Position numbers and translations under genes: made by a program. A stretch of 64,000 nucleotides of DNA, taken from the NCBI GenBank assembly GCA_964605905.1, contig CAZSEL010000011.1, positions 36,019-100,018 on the forward strand, read 5' to 3'. The notes under the pieces were generated by a model. It was not told the DNA's origin, ran no database searches, and saw only the letters and a list, made by a program, of their open reading frames with translations. Source of the stretch: an uncultured Chloracidobacterium sp. (GTDB lineage Bacteria; Acidobacteriota; Blastocatellia; Pyrinomonadales; Pyrinomonadaceae). This document shows, piece after piece, positions 46,403 to 55,536 of this stretch (position 1 is its first letter; every line of letters starts with the position of its first letter).

Positions 46403-47732
46403 GGTCGTATTCGTGAGCTTCGGTGATTCGCACGTTATAGATCGAGCCGATCGTTGGTTCGAGATCTTCGGGCATGTCGTTGATCAAAATATAACCGTCG
46501 ATCTCCTGCGCCTGGCCCTGAAAACGGCCTTGGAAAAGCAGGTCCGATTCCTGCGACAACCCTTCGAACAGGACGGGAAATATTTTACCTATCTTGGCCT
46601 TATTGAGCCGCTTGCTGATCTTTGCCTGTTCTTTCATCAGGCGATTACGGCGTTGCTTCGCGATCTTCGGATCGACCTTGTCAGGCAGATCGAACGCGGC
46701 GGTTCCTTCTTCGTCGGAGTACGTAAACACTCCAAGATTATCGAACCGGCAGTTCTGAACGAATGCGATCAGTTCCTCAAAATCAGCGTCGGTCTCGCCG
46801 GGAAAGCCGGTAATAAATGTCGTCCGAATCGCTATTCCGGGAATTTTTTCCCTGACGCGGACGATCAGCTTTTCAAGCGATTCCCGAGTGCCGCCGCGCT
46901 TCATCAATTTCAAAACATTTCGTGACGCATGCTGCAGCGGCATGTCGAGATACTTGACGGCCTTTGGTGTTTCGGCTATCGCGGCGAGAAAAGCGTCGGA
47001 GATATGCGTCGGATAGGCGTACATAACGCGGACCCATTCGATGTCCTCGATCTCGCCGAGCGCGCGGATCAACGCAGCGAGCGCATCGACCTCGCCGAGA
47101 TCCTCGCCGTACCGAGACGAATCCTGTGCGATCAGCACGAGTTCCTTCACGCCCTGTTTCGCGAGATTGCGTGCCTCTTCAATTATCGAACCAAATCTCC
47201 GCGAACGAAACGAACCGCGCATTCCCGGTATCGAACAAAACGCGCACGGACGGTCGCAGCCCTCGGCTATTTTAATAAACGCCGTGTGCGATTCCGTCGC
47301 TCGATAGCGCGGCGTGTCGAAATCGTAAAGATACGTCGCGGTCTTGTTCCCGACCGGCGTTAGCGTGAGTTCCTTTGCATCAAACCGGTCATCCGCCGCT
47401 TTCAATATCTCACCAATCTGTGACGTCCCGATAAACGCATCGACGACCGGCAGTTCTTTCATCAGGTCGTCACGATAACGCTCGACCAGACAACCGGCAA
47501 CAATAACTCGCTTAGCCTTGCCCGCCGATTTTAAACTCGTAGCCTCAAGTATAGCGTCGATCGATTCCTGTTTCGCCGACTCTATAAACCCGCACGTATT
47601 CACGACGACGGTATCGGCGTCGTCTGCGTTATTCGTAATTTCGTAACCAGCCTCGGCCAACGTCCCCATCATCACCTCGCTGTCAACGAGATTTTTGGGG
47701 CAGCCAAGACTGACAAATCCAACTTTTTTCAT
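46377..47732 (-). CDS. rimO: Ribosomal protein S12 methylthiotransferase
   Basis: FVSLGCPKNLVDSE, radical-SAM CDRPCAFC, TRAM C-terminus. Confidence 0.9.
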   Translation of the reverse strand: MKKVGFVSLGCPKNLVDSEVMMGTLAEAGYEITNNADDADTVVVNTCGFIESAKQESIDAILEATSLKSAGKAKRVIVAGCLVERYRDDLMKELPVVDAFIGTSQIGEILKAADDRFDAKELTLTPVGNKTATYLYDFDTPRYRATESHTAFIKIAEGCDRPCAFCSIPGMRGSFRSRRFGSIIEEARNLAKQGVKELVLIAQDSSRYGEDLGEVDALAALIRALGEIEDIEWVRVMYAYPTHISDAFLAAIAETPKAVKYLDMPLQHASRNVLKLMKRGGTRESLEKLIVRVREKIPGIAIRTTFITGFPGETDADFEELIAFVQNCRFDNLGVFTYSDEEGTAAFDLPDKVDPKIAKQRRNRLMKEQAKISKRLNKAKIGKIFPVLFEGLSQESDLLFQGRFQGQAQEIDGYILINDMPEDLEPTIGSIYNVRITEAHEYDLVGEIVTV

Positions 47733-47740
47733 ATAGTATC

Positions 47741-47813
47741 AGCCACGAACTATCACGAAAGCACACGAACAAAAGCCTTTTATTTTCGTGTCTTTTCGTG
47801 TTTGTTCGTGGCT
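47741..47813. repeat. AGCCAC..GTGGCT hairpin with CACGAA-word arms; right arm encodes the last 10 aa and stop of the next gene
   Basis: AGCCACGAACTATCACGAAAGCACACGAACAAAAG-CC-TTTTATTTTCGTGTCTTTTCGTGTTTGTTCGTGGCT. Confidence 0.8.
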
Positions 47814-49972
47814 TCCAAATCTTCCAACCAACCGTCGATCTCTGCTGACTCATCTCGCGACAAGTGCTTCTCACCGAACCGCACGCGGTTATATTTCTCG
47901 GTTATACTCACCACCTCGGCCATTCCGACCGCGTATGCAAACTCAAGCGGTGTTTGATGCAGTTCGCGGACGAACCCTTTAGATGCAAGCGTTCGCTGCG
48001 TGCGTTCATAGAATTCAACGAGCGATCGGCTCCGACGCGCAAAGAGCATTTCCCGGAGCCTTGTCCAAACTTTCCATTTTACCGCTTTTCGGTACAGCAT
48101 CACAAACAGGAATATCACGGCAAGTATTAATGCAGCAGCCGCTACTGCCCATCCAACAGCGGCAACACTCGCAAAAGTGCCGCTGTCGCCACGCACTTCG
48201 GCCCACCATGCGGAGATAAAACTCTGTGCGTCACCCAGCCAGTTTGACGTTTTTATGTTGTAGTCCGAGACGCTTTTGCGAATCGAGGTAAACAGCGACC
48301 GCTGTTCCTGGTTATCGAATGCGACGAAATATTGTATCCAGATCATCTCGAGAGCTTCGAGATATTTGTTCATCGTGCCATAAATACCGGCAGTTTCGCC
48401 GCCCGGATTCTGGCCGCCTGCTGGTGTCGGGTCGAACGGAACCCAGGCGTCTTCATTGGGAAAATAGACCTCGACCCACGAATGGGCCTCGCGTTGCCTG
48501 ACAACGTAAACATCCGCTGTCTCGTTGTATTCACCTTCCTGAAAGCCGTTTACAATCCGCGTCGCAATTCCCTGCGTCCGCAGCATTATCGCCATCGCGG
48601 TCGCGAAATATTCACAATGGCCCTCGCGGACATTGAATAAAAAGTCAGCAAGCGGCTGTTCACCGCCCGATTTTTGTTCGAGCGTATAACCGAAATCGTT
48701 CTTCAGGTGGTACTCGATCAATTGCGCCGCGTCGTAACGGTTAGTGGCCGTTTCGGCTACCTGCTCGGCACGCTCGGCGATACGCGGATCGAGCGTTTCC
48801 GGCAGTTGCAAATAATTCGACAGATTCGCCGGATACGGAGCACGGTCGCGCCGAAGCTCCGTTTCGGATGGCAGCTCAACATCAGACACGACTTTGTAAG
48901 TCGATCTCTCGCCGGAGCGCGGAAATGTTATCGAACCAAGCGAATCGACAAACAACGTAGTAAAATTAGCCTGAACCGCAACCGGCCGCGATAGGGAAAA
49001 AAGCACCTGAGTATCCAACGGCTCAAGATAGACCGTTTGCATAATCAGGCTGTCTCGTCCGGTCGCGTAGTCAACCTGTATCAAATCTCGTTCGCCCTTT
49101 GACCTCGGTTCCCGAACGCCCGGACGAGTTTTGGACCATGAACGGTTATCAAATGTGTCGAGCGCGATACCGCGCCATTTCAGTCGTTCGATAAGCTTTT
49201 CACGTCCTTCTTCGATGCGGACACGCATAACGATCTGGTTGTTCTGCTGAATGCTGCCAATACGACCGAGCTGGACCGAGTCAGAAAAACCCGAAAAGGT
49301 AGCAACACCGCCAAGTCCGCCACCGACGCCTGCACCGCCGACACGCGGCAGCAAAAAGAAAAGCGGCGTTGCAATCACGACGATCAGGATAACAAGCGTG
49401 ATCGCCGTCATCGGAAGCCGGCGTTTGGGGACAACAGTTTGGATTTCCTCAGCGAGCGGACCGGTGTTTTTCTTCGCCTGTTCTGCGACGAACGCCCGCG
49501 TTCTCTTGACCTCCAACAGAATGATCGTCGCAACCATTATAAATACAAAGGCCACGAACGAGGCGAAATACAACGGGCTGATGCTCAGGCCCGCCGCAAG
49601 CAGGACCTGAAAAAACGCCATCACATACAAAAATATCCAGTCGCGGTCGCCTTTTTTCTGAAGCAGCTTTACCGCCGATAACGTCAGGATCAACCTTGCC
49701 AGAATCCCCGGCAACATTTCTTCGGTACTAGAAAAATGAAAAAAGTCCCATTGCCAAAGAACAAAATAGAACGGTATCGCCAGAACCGTTAGTATCGTCC
49801 CGACCGCCTCCGACAACTGCCACCGCGTGCTCTCCAAAAAGATCCCCGCTAAAAACACGACTCCAAATAGAACAACACCGCCCAACCCAAACGTCCCCGA
49901 TATCCACAGCGATGCAAAGCCACAAAAAACAGCAGCATAAGAAAGGATTTTGAAGAGTCTTTCAAAGTTCAT
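47780..49972 (-). CDS. Transglutaminase-like membrane protein (TgpA-type)
   Basis: N-terminal TM bundle. REGHCEYFATAMAIMLR..HSWVEVYF core. Confidence 0.85.
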   Translation of the reverse strand: MNFERLFKILSYAAVFCGFASLWISGTFGLGGVVLFGVVFLAGIFLESTRWQLSEAVGTILTVLAIPFYFVLWQWDFFHFSSTEEMLPGILARLILTLSAVKLLQKKGDRDWIFLYVMAFFQVLLAAGLSISPLYFASFVAFVFIMVATIILLEVKRTRAFVAEQAKKNTGPLAEEIQTVVPKRRLPMTAITLVILIVVIATPLFFLLPRVGGAGVGGGLGGVATFSGFSDSVQLGRIGSIQQNNQIVMRVRIEEGREKLIERLKWRGIALDTFDNRSWSKTRPGVREPRSKGERDLIQVDYATGRDSLIMQTVYLEPLDTQVLFSLSRPVAVQANFTTLFVDSLGSITFPRSGERSTYKVVSDVELPSETELRRDRAPYPANLSNYLQLPETLDPRIAERAEQVAETATNRYDAAQLIEYHLKNDFGYTLEQKSGGEQPLADFLFNVREGHCEYFATAMAIMLRTQGIATRIVNGFQEGEYNETADVYVVRQREAHSWVEVYFPNEDAWVPFDPTPAGGQNPGGETAGIYGTMNKYLEALEMIWIQYFVAFDNQEQRSLFTSIRKSVSDYNIKTSNWLGDAQSFISAWWAEVRGDSGTFASVAAVGWAVAAAALILAVIFLFVMLYRKAVKWKVWTRLREMLFARRSRSLVEFYERTQRTLASKGFVRELHQTPLEFAYAVGMAEVVSITEKYNRVRFGEKHLSRDESAEIDGWLEDLEATNKHEKTRK

Positions 49973-50087
49973 GCAAATAAAGATTGGCCTGCCTGTTTGA
50001 TTATAAACATGTGTAAGAATGGTGTCTAAGAAATATCCTCTCCGTGTAGAGCGTTCGGAATAGACAAATTACGCGTTTCACTTTAAT

Positions 50088-50120
50088 ATTGGCTGGTATT
50101 TTTATCAGCCAATTTTTTTT
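50088..50120 (+). terminator. Orphan terminator-like hairpin plus T8 in a divergent intergenic region
   Basis: TTGGCTG-GTATTTTTA-TCAGCCAA followed by TTTTTTTT. Confidence 0.4.
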
Positions 50121-50212
50121 GGCAAGTTTTCACCCTGACTCGCGTCTATTCGTATAACTTACGGGCAAGGTATTAGCCTATACTCGTTCGCTGGCAATCG
50201 TTTCTGAGTAGA

Positions 50213-51082
50213 ATGAATCGCAACCACGTAAATCTAATTCTCGCTGTTGGAACCCTCGTTTTGGTGACGGCCTGTTTTTGCAAGCCAGACCGGCAGTCCG
50301 CTCCGACGACTGGTTCTGACGAACCGACGGTTTCAAACAACGCAAAGGCTCCGCAGCCTGACAATCGTAAAAGTGAAAAGGCTGACAAAGGCGACTTTCT
50401 GGTTGAGCATCTGGAGGTTTCCACTCCGCGTTACGTCGAGATCGACAAACAGGTCAAGGATGAAAAGCTGCTGACCAAGGCAGCCGAGCAACTCAATCGT
50501 TCGCTCAGTCTGCCGCACGACATTCCGCTCCGCACAAAGGATTGCAAGGAGATCAACGCCTACTACGACTCACGCGACCATTCGGTAACGATGTGTTACG
50601 AGCTGATGGAGTATTTCTTTAAGACCTTTAAGAGCGACGGCAGATCGGATGACGAGGCGTATAAGAAAATGTTCAGTGCCGTCAGGTTCGTGTTCCTCCA
50701 CGAGATCGGCCACGCTCTGATCGACGGTTACAAGCTGCCGATAATGGGCGGTGAAGAAGATGCTGCCGACCGGTGTTCGTCTTTCATCAATCTAAAAGAA
50801 CTCGGCGACGAAGGTGTCGAGGCCGTCTTTGCCGCGTCAGAGGCGTTCGCTATCGAATCGAAAAGTGCAACCGGAAAACGTAATCTGGCCGACGAGCATT
50901 TGCTGCAGGAACAGCGTTTCTATAACTCGCTCTGTATGATCTACGGTTCGAATCCGACGAAATATTCACGCATTCTTACTGACGGATTTCTGCCAAAGGA
51001 ACGCGCCGTCCGATGCCCGACCGAATACCAGAGGACGGTTGACAGCTGGATAACGCTGCTGCAGCCCTGGAGAAAAAGTTAA
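50213..51082 (+). CDS. DUF4344-like putative metallopeptidase
   Basis: FLHEIGHALID and GEEDAADR. Confidence 0.7.
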   Translation: MNRNHVNLILAVGTLVLVTACFCKPDRQSAPTTGSDEPTVSNNAKAPQPDNRKSEKADKGDFLVEHLEVSTPRYVEIDKQVKDEKLLTKAAEQLNRSLSLPHDIPLRTKDCKEINAYYDSRDHSVTMCYELMEYFFKTFKSDGRSDDEAYKKMFSAVRFVFLHEIGHALIDGYKLPIMGGEEDAADRCSSFINLKELGDEGVEAVFAASEAFAIESKSATGKRNLADEHLLQEQRFYNSLCMIYGSNPTKYSRILTDGFLPKERAVRCPTEYQRTVDSWITLLQPWRKS

Positions 51083-51105
51083 GCAAACACATTTAGGAGA
51101 CATAG

Positions 51106-51672
51106 ATGCAAACCCTCAAAACTTTCTTGAAGCGAAATCAAAACATGATGAACGGTCTGGTCGCTCTTGCGATCATCGCTTCGATCGCACTCGGCTGTAA
51201 CTGCGGCAAAAACATGGGCCTCGACGATCTGGGTAACGTCAGCAGCAACACCGCCGGAACCAAAGACAATCCGTTTGACGACAAAGCGGACGGCATTCCC
51301 GGTGACGATCTGTTAAACGCTCTCGTGAAAGAAACGACCGCCGACTTTGCATTCGCGATCAGTAATAACGATTTCTCAAAGATCCATGAAAAAGCCTCGA
51401 CGGACTTCCAGAGTTCGATCAGCATCGAAAAGATGAAGAGCGAATTCAAGATATTTGTAGATCGAAAGAGCCGTTACCTGCCGAGCCTTGCAAAGGTGTC
51501 ATCGACGAAGGCCGAATACTCAACCGCACCGGCTCTGCGAAGCGAGCAAGGGCTTGATATTCTGATGACCAAGGGTAAATTCGATACAAAGCCCAACGCA
51601 ATCACCTTCGACTATGAATACGTAAAACGCGATGGACGCTGGAAGCTGTTAAAGCTGATCGTCAAGATGTAG
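51106..51672 (+). CDS. Hypothetical lipoprotein
   Basis: AGGAGA Shine-Dalgarno. Lipobox-like IALGC. Confidence 0.6.
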   Translation: MQTLKTFLKRNQNMMNGLVALAIIASIALGCNCGKNMGLDDLGNVSSNTAGTKDNPFDDKADGIPGDDLLNALVKETTADFAFAISNNDFSKIHEKASTDFQSSISIEKMKSEFKIFVDRKSRYLPSLAKVSSTKAEYSTAPALRSEQGLDILMTKGKFDTKPNAITFDYEYVKRDGRWKLLKLIVKM

Positions 51673-51675
51673 TTC

Positions 51676-51764
51676 GGAGGAAGACTGGAGACTAGAGACG
51701 GGAGACAGGAGCGGTTTCGCTTTCTTGTCTCCCGTTTCTCGTCTCTGGTCTCTTGTCTTTTGCA
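51676..51764 (+). terminator. Hairpin with arms made of (N)GGAGAC heptamers, followed by a T-rich tail
   Basis: GGAAGAC TGGAGAC TAGAGAC GGGAGAC .. GTCTCCC GTTTCTC GTCTCTG GTCTCTT GTCTTTT. Confidence 0.6.
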
Positions 51765-51806
51765 TTTTTCGGGTGTGAAAGCTAAAATTTGATTTTCAAA
51801 GAACCT

Positions 51807-52976
51807 ATGAAGATCCACGAATATCAAGGCAAAGCCCTTTTAAAGGAATACGGCGTTCCGGTTCCGCGAGGCATTGTCGCGAGAACACCCGAAGAAGCCG
51901 AGGCTGCGGTGAAAGAACTAGGCACGGACATCGTTGTCGTCAAGGCACAGATCCACGCGGGTGGCCGTGGCAAAGGCGGCGGCGTAAAGCTTGCCAAATC
52001 GCCCGCGGAAGCAAAACAGATCGCGTCCGAAATGATCGGGATGCGGCTCATTACGCATCAGACGGGACCTGACGGACAATTGGTCAAAACGCTTCTCGTC
52101 GAAGAAGGCCTGCCTATCGATAAAGAGTTTTACCTGGGCATAACTCTAGACCGCGTTACCGGCCGCAACGTTTTTATGGCGTCGTCCGCAGGCGGAATGG
52201 ACATCGAAAAGGTCGCCGAGGAAACGCCCGAACTTATCCTAAAAGAGACGATCGATCCGTCGGTTGGGCTTCGAGCGTTTCAGGCGAGAAAACTCGCATT
52301 TGGCCTCGGCATTCCGAACGACCTGATCAATCAGGCAGCGAAGTTCATGCTTTCGCTCTACGATGCGTTCGAGAAGATGGACGCTTCGATACTTGAGATC
52401 AACCCGTTCCTGCTTACGAAAGACAACCGTTTGATCGCACTCGACGCCAAGGTCAATTTTGACGACAACGCGATGTTCCGCCACAAGGACTTTGCCGCTC
52501 TGCGTGACCTCGACGAAGAAGACCCGCTTGAGATCGAAGCCTCGAAACACGACCTAAGCTACATCAAGCTCGACGGCAACATCGGCTGTATGGTGAACGG
52601 TGCCGGACTCGCGATGGCGACGATGGACATCATCAAACTGCACGGCGGCGAACCGGCCAACTTCCTCGATGTCGGCGGAGGTGCCTCACAGGAACGCGTC
52701 GAACAGGCGTTCAAGATATTGCTCGCCGACGAGAATGTTAAGGCCGTGCTGATAAACATCTTCGGCGGCATCGTCCGTTGCGATATGGTCGCAAGCGGCG
52801 TTGTCGCTGCGGCTAAGAATCTCGGCGTTTCCATCCCGATAGTCGCACGGCTCGAGGGAACGAACGTCGAAGCAGGCCGCGAAATACTCGCAAACTCCGG
52901 CATCGGCATCATCCCCGCAACCGGCATGACCGACGCCGCCGAAAAAGCCGTCTCCGCCGCCAACGCCGCATTTTGA
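51807..52976 (+). CDS. sucC: Succinate-CoA ligase beta subunit
   Basis: [40 protein letters not shown]. Confidence 0.95.
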   Translation: MKIHEYQGKALLKEYGVPVPRGIVARTPEEAEAAVKELGTDIVVVKAQIHAGGRGKGGGVKLAKSPAEAKQIASEMIGMRLITHQTGPDGQLVKTLLVEEGLPIDKEFYLGITLDRVTGRNVFMASSAGGMDIEKVAEETPELILKETIDPSVGLRAFQARKLAFGLGIPNDLINQAAKFMLSLYDAFEKMDASILEINPFLLTKDNRLIALDAKVNFDDNAMFRHKDFAALRDLDEEDPLEIEASKHDLSYIKLDGNIGCMVNGAGLAMATMDIIKLHGGEPANFLDVGGGASQERVEQAFKILLADENVKAVLINIFGGIVRCDMVASGVVAAAKNLGVSIPIVARLEGTNVEAGREILANSGIGIIPATGMTDAAEKAVSAANAAF

Positions 52977-52997
52977 CTTGAGCAGTGGGCGTGGGAA

Positions 52998-53147
52998 GTC
53001 AGTACCGCCCGCGTAAGCCGGTGGCATGGCTTTCGATTGCAGAAAGCCCGCATTCCACTAAGCGCGAAACGACCAACTGCTTCTCTACAACAATCACGTT
53101 TTACAATCGGCAGCATTTCGCCACCTGCTTACGCAGGCGGTACTGAC
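52998..53147. repeat. REPIN: inverted pair of the 28-nt REP, 94-nt spacer
   Basis: 52998-53025 GTCAGTACCGCCCGCGTAAGCCGGTGGC; 53120-53147 GCCACCTGCTTACGCAGGCGGTACTGAC. Confidence 0.85.
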
Positions 53148-53243
53148 CTTTGGTTGCGACCACCGCAAAGCAACCATTCCTACAACTCACATCATCTTTT
53201 AGATTAGTTTTCAGACAAACCTTTTAAACAACAGGAAAATACA

Positions 53244-55406
53244 ATGATGAAAAAAGTGATTCTTCTCATAGCAGTATTCGTGTGCGCGTTTTCGGGCCAT
53301 TCACAGACGGCGCGACAGAATAAAACTCAATTCGCAAACGGCGTCGCCCGCACAACAAAAGCGGCAATAACAACAACGCTTCCGATCCGCCGGGTTATTC
53401 TCTATTCAAACGGCGTCGCTTATATCGAGCGACGCGGAATGGTCAGCGGCAACGCCGAGATCGACCTTTCATTCAAACAATCGCAGGTCGATGACGTTCT
53501 CAAATCAATGATCGTCCTCGACCTAGGTCAAGGCCGCATCGGCGCCGTCTCGTATAATTCATCGGCTCCAGCCTCAGCACGCACAGCGGAGATACCTTTT
53601 GGGGTTGATTCATCGACCGAGGAAGACGAGGGCGGAGCAAGCGGAATGGCCGGAGTCCTCGGTCAGCTTCAGGGTGCCCGCGTGATAGTCACTTCAACAA
53701 AAGGGACGGCAACAGGTTCGATCCTGACGGTCGAAAAGCGAAAAATTACGATCGCAAACGGCGAAAAAGAAAGTGCGACAGGAAACGGTTACGTGTTGGT
53801 CGTCGCCTCGGAAACCGGCGATATCACGGCCTTCGATCTTGCGGATATTCGATCCGTGAAACTGCTGGAAGAAGGCACTCGCCGCGACATAAACGAATTT
53901 GCGAACGCGACCGCTTCAACACGCCGACGTGATGCAAAAACGATTAGCGTCACAAGCCAGGGCACAGGTCAACGGGAAATGGTGGTTAGTTACATTGTCG
54001 CTGCTCCAATATGGAAAACAACGTATCGCGTCGTGCTCGACACCGAAGGCAAGCCATTCTTTCAGGGTTGGGCGATAGTCGATAACGTCAGCGACGAAGA
54101 CTGGCGCGGCGTGCAGCTATCGCTCGTTTCCGGCTCGCCCGTCTCGTTTATCCAGAACCTGCAAAAACCGTTATATCGATATCGACCGATAATTCCAATT
54201 CCGGAAGACCTAAACCTCGATCCGCAGATTTACGACGCGGACGAGCGTGTCGGATATGGTTCAGGATCGGGCATCGGCAATGGTAGAGGAACGGGATACG
54301 GAGCGGGAAGCGGCGATGTTAGCATTGACGGGGCAAGCAGTCTGGGGAACAACTTCATGGCTGGAGCCGTCACATCCCTCAGCGATGCTCTAAAAATGGA
54401 GGCTAGCGGCGTAAAGACCGCAGCGACCGGTAACGAACTTGGCGACCTGTTTGAGTATCGTATCGACGATTCTGTGACGGTTGAGCGAAATCGCTCGGCG
54501 TTGATCCCGATAGTGCAGACGCAAATGGCAGGCGAACGCGTTTCAGTTTATAACGAGGCCGCGCGGGCAGACAGGCCGATGGGCGGAATGATGCTCGAAA
54601 ATACGACACCGTTGACTTTTGAGGGCGGAAGCATGACAGTACTCGACCGCGACGCTTACGCTGGCGAAGCCTTAATGGAACGGTTAAAACCCAAAGAAAA
54701 GAGGCTGATCTCATACGCCCTCGATCTTGGCACACGTGTCAGCATCGAGAACAATAACGACATTCAGCCGGTTAGATTGATCAAGGTCGTGGACGGCGTT
54801 TTTCAGGCACATTATTTTCGCCACGATCAAAAGACCTACAAGGTGACAAACCAGACCGACCGGAAAAAGGTGATCTACATAGAACATCCGGTCAGAAAAG
54901 ATTGGGGGCTTGCTGACAACTCTGCGAAACCCGAGGTCACTACTGATCGATATTATCGCTTCCGTGTCGAACTCGAACCGTTTGCACAAGTGACAGTTCC
55001 CGTAATCGAACGGCTTGGATTAATGGATTCGTATCAGCTTTCGAGCTTTTCACGCGACCAATTAGATCTTTTCATTTCCCGCAATTACATCGATGCCGCA
55101 ACTCGCGGGCGACTCGAAAAATTGATCGAACTGCGGCAGCAGATCAACCAAGTTGGTGTTCGACTGCAAGTCTTTCAGCAGGAAGAGCAACGCATTACAG
55201 AGGACCAGAAACGCCTGCGCGAAAACATAGAGGCCCTCGCCAAGACTGCCGAGGCAAAAGCCTTGATCGTTCGTTACATCGCGAAAGCCGGCGAACAGGA
55301 AACGCGTATGGAACAGATCGAAACCGAGCGAAAAGCTGCGCAGGCAGAGAAAGAAAGGCTCGAACGCGAACTGGCAACGGAAATCAAGAATTTCGAGATG
55401 CAGTAA
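53244..55406 (+). CDS. DUF4139/DUF4140-like secreted protein with a C-terminal coiled coil
   Basis: Signal peptide. VILYSNGVAYIERRG, WKTTYRVVLD..WAIVDN..WRGVQLSLVSG. Confidence 0.65.
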   Translation: MMKKVILLIAVFVCAFSGHSQTARQNKTQFANGVARTTKAAITTTLPIRRVILYSNGVAYIERRGMVSGNAEIDLSFKQSQVDDVLKSMIVLDLGQGRIGAVSYNSSAPASARTAEIPFGVDSSTEEDEGGASGMAGVLGQLQGARVIVTSTKGTATGSILTVEKRKITIANGEKESATGNGYVLVVASETGDITAFDLADIRSVKLLEEGTRRDINEFANATASTRRRDAKTISVTSQGTGQREMVVSYIVAAPIWKTTYRVVLDTEGKPFFQGWAIVDNVSDEDWRGVQLSLVSGSPVSFIQNLQKPLYRYRPIIPIPEDLNLDPQIYDADERVGYGSGSGIGNGRGTGYGAGSGDVSIDGASSLGNNFMAGAVTSLSDALKMEASGVKTAATGNELGDLFEYRIDDSVTVERNRSALIPIVQTQMAGERVSVYNEAARADRPMGGMMLENTTPLTFEGGSMTVLDRDAYAGEALMERLKPKEKRLISYALDLGTRVSIENNNDIQPVRLIKVVDGVFQAHYFRHDQKTYKVTNQTDRKKVIYIEHPVRKDWGLADNSAKPEVTTDRYYRFRVELEPFAQVTVPVIERLGLMDSYQLSSFSRDQLDLFISRNYIDAATRGRLEKLIELRQQINQVGVRLQVFQQEEQRITEDQKRLRENIEALAKTAEAKALIVRYIAKAGEQETRMEQIETERKAAQAEKERLERELATEIKNFEMQ

Positions 55407-55519
55407 GTCAGTACCGCCCGCGTTAGCGGGTGGCAGGTTGCGACGCGCAGCACGACCAGCATCATCCGGATATCTTGTTCATCGAGTTCCCGCCACCTGC
55501 TTACGCAGGCGGTACTGAC
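55407..55519. repeat. REPIN: inverted pair of the 28-nt REP, 57-nt spacer
   Basis: 55407-55434 GTCAGTACCGCCCGCGTTAGCGGGTGGC; 55492-55519 GCCACCTGCTTACGCAGGCGGTACTGAC. Confidence 0.85.
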
Positions 55520-55536
55520 CTGTGCCTCCTACAACC

